Positions 62,816-64,000 of a stretch of 64,000 nt of DNA are shown here, piece by piece (the stretch's first letter is position 1; each line of letters opens with the position of its first letter). The DNA lies in assembly GCA_963743915.1 (NCBI GenBank), contig CAVURN010000001.1:832001-896000 (forward strand). Direction: 5' to 3'. The notes below the pieces were generated by a model that was not told the DNA's origin, ran no database searches, and saw only the letters and a list, made by a program, of their open reading frames with translations. Position numbers and translations under genes: made by a program. Source of the DNA: an uncultured Actinomycetota bacterium. GTDB lineage: Bacteria > Actinomycetota > Actinomycetes > JAHEKZ01.

Positions 62816-64000
62816 TCACCCTTCCGAAGTGATGAAGACGTTCTTGACGTCGGTGAAGGCGTCAAGGGCATCCGGCCCGAGCTCACGGCCGAGCCCGGAC
62901 TGCTTGAAGCCGCCGAACGGCGTCCAGTAGCGCACCGACGAGTGCGAGTTGACCGAGATGGCGCCGGTGTCGACGGCGCGCGACACCCGGATGGCCCGCG
63001 CGACGTCGCGCGTCCAGATCGAGCCGGAGAGCCCGAAGTCGGAGTCGTTGGCGAGGCGGATCGCGTCGGCTTCGTCCTCGAACGGGACGACGACGACCAC
63101 CGGGCCGAAGATCTCCTCGCGGAAGGTGCGGTCCGACGCGCTCACCGGCGCCAGGACGGTCGGTGCGAACCAGAAGCCAGGGCCGTCCGGTGCGGATCCC
63201 CGGAAGGCGACCGGTGCCTCCTCCGGGACGTAGGAGGAGACGGTCTCCCACTGACCTCGGCTGATCAGCGGTCCCATCTCGGCGGTGTCGAGTGACGGGT
63301 CCTCGACCCGGACACCCTTGACCGCCGGCTCGAGCAGTTCCATGAAGCGGTCGTAGACGGTGCGCTCCACGAGGATCCGCGAGCGGGCGCAGCAGTCCTG
63401 CCCTGCGTTGTCGAAGACTCCGTAGGGCGCGGTGGCCGCAGCCTTGTCGAGGTCGGCATCGGCGAAGACGACGTTGGCGCTCTTGCCGCCGAGCTCGAGC
63501 GTGACCCGCTTGACGTGGTCTGCCGCTCCTCGCATGACGCGCTTGCCGACATCCGTCGAGCCGGTGAACACCAGCTTGCGCACGGCTGGGTGGGTAACGA
63601 AACGTTCTCCGACGATGGATCCCTTGCCGGGGATCACGGTGAAGACGCCCTCGGGCAGCCCTGCCTCGAGGGCCAGCTCGCCGATCCGCATCGCCGTCAG
63701 GGGAGTGAGCTCCGCGGGTTTGAGCACGACCGTGTTGCCGGCAGCCAGCGCGGGTGCGAAACCCCAGCCGGCGATCGGCATGGGGAAGTTCCAGGGCACG
63801 ATGACGCCGACGACGCCGAGTGGCTCCTTGAACGTGACGTCCAGCCCGTTCGGCACCGGGATCTGGCGACCGAAGAGCCGCTCAGGTGCGGCCGAGTAGT
63901 AGTTCAGGACGTCCCGGACGTTGCCCGCCTCCCAGCGGGCGTTGCTGATGGTGTGGCCGGCGTTGACCACCTCGAGCCGCGCCAGCTCCTCGACGTGGGC
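62816..64000 (-). CDS. Aldehyde dehydrogenase (starts beyond the window)
   Basis: PWNFP, FTGST, LELGGK, GQDCCA, EEIFGP, FGGFKQSG. Confidence 0.93.
   Translation of the reverse strand, partial: AHVEELARLEVVNAGHTISNARWEAGNVRDVLNYYSAAPERLFGRQIPVPNGLDVTFKEPLGVVGVIVPWNFPMPIAGWGFAPALAAGNTVVLKPAELTPLTAMRIGELALEAGLPEGVFTVIPGKGSIVGERFVTHPAVRKLVFTGSTDVGKRVMRGAADHVKRVTLELGGKSANVVFADADLDKAAATAPYGVFDNAGQDCCARSRILVERTVYDRFMELLEPAVKGVRVEDPSLDTAEMGPLISRGQWETVSSYVPEEAPVAFRGSAPDGPGFWFAPTVLAPVSASDRTFREEIFGPVVVVVPFEDEADAIRLANDSDFGLSGSIWTRDVARAIRVSRAVDTGAISVNSHSSVRYWTPFGGFKQSGLGRELGPDALDAFTDVKNVFITSEG

Noticed and set aside
1-64000. CRISPR arrays, tRNA/rRNA genes, IS transposases, integrase
   Set aside because: No regularly spaced repeats, cloverleaf signatures, or DDE/tyrosine/serine recombinase motifs found on reading.

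Overview
High-GC actinobacterial chromosome segment. Many single-base frameshifts, including in essential genes, point to long-read consensus errors. 1-17.5 kb is the conserved miaB-(LigB-like)-miaA-dapF-hflX-dinG-lexA-LysM-nrdR-nrdJ backbone, with recognisable SOS and NrdR boxes and an inserted polyamine-type binding protein/amidohydrolase/TetR module. 17.6-38 kb is mixed metabolic and regulatory genes (BKACE, trypsin, two ArsR-SRPBCC pairs, LLM, arfB, methyltransferases, ADH, PAS-PucR, Mo-oxidoreductase, DUF4192), followed by the principal sigma factor gene. The most notable structure is a ~3.6 kb integrase-less island bounded by an exact 22-bp direct repeat of the sigma-factor 3' end (39532-39553 and 43169-43190). 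It carries a truncated McrA-like HNH gene, a PAS-GGDEF-GGDEF protein, two coupled paralogous Cys/His-rich proteins of no family I recognise, and a small single-TM protein. 43-64 kb is further accessory and metabolic genes (lipoprotein, lactonase-like MBL hydrolase, S9 peptidase, TauD-family dioxygenase, fused FTCD, Prx6, PuuD, SDR, ALDH). No rRNA, tRNA, CRISPR array or transposase was seen. All assignments are by motif recognition; no database search was run.
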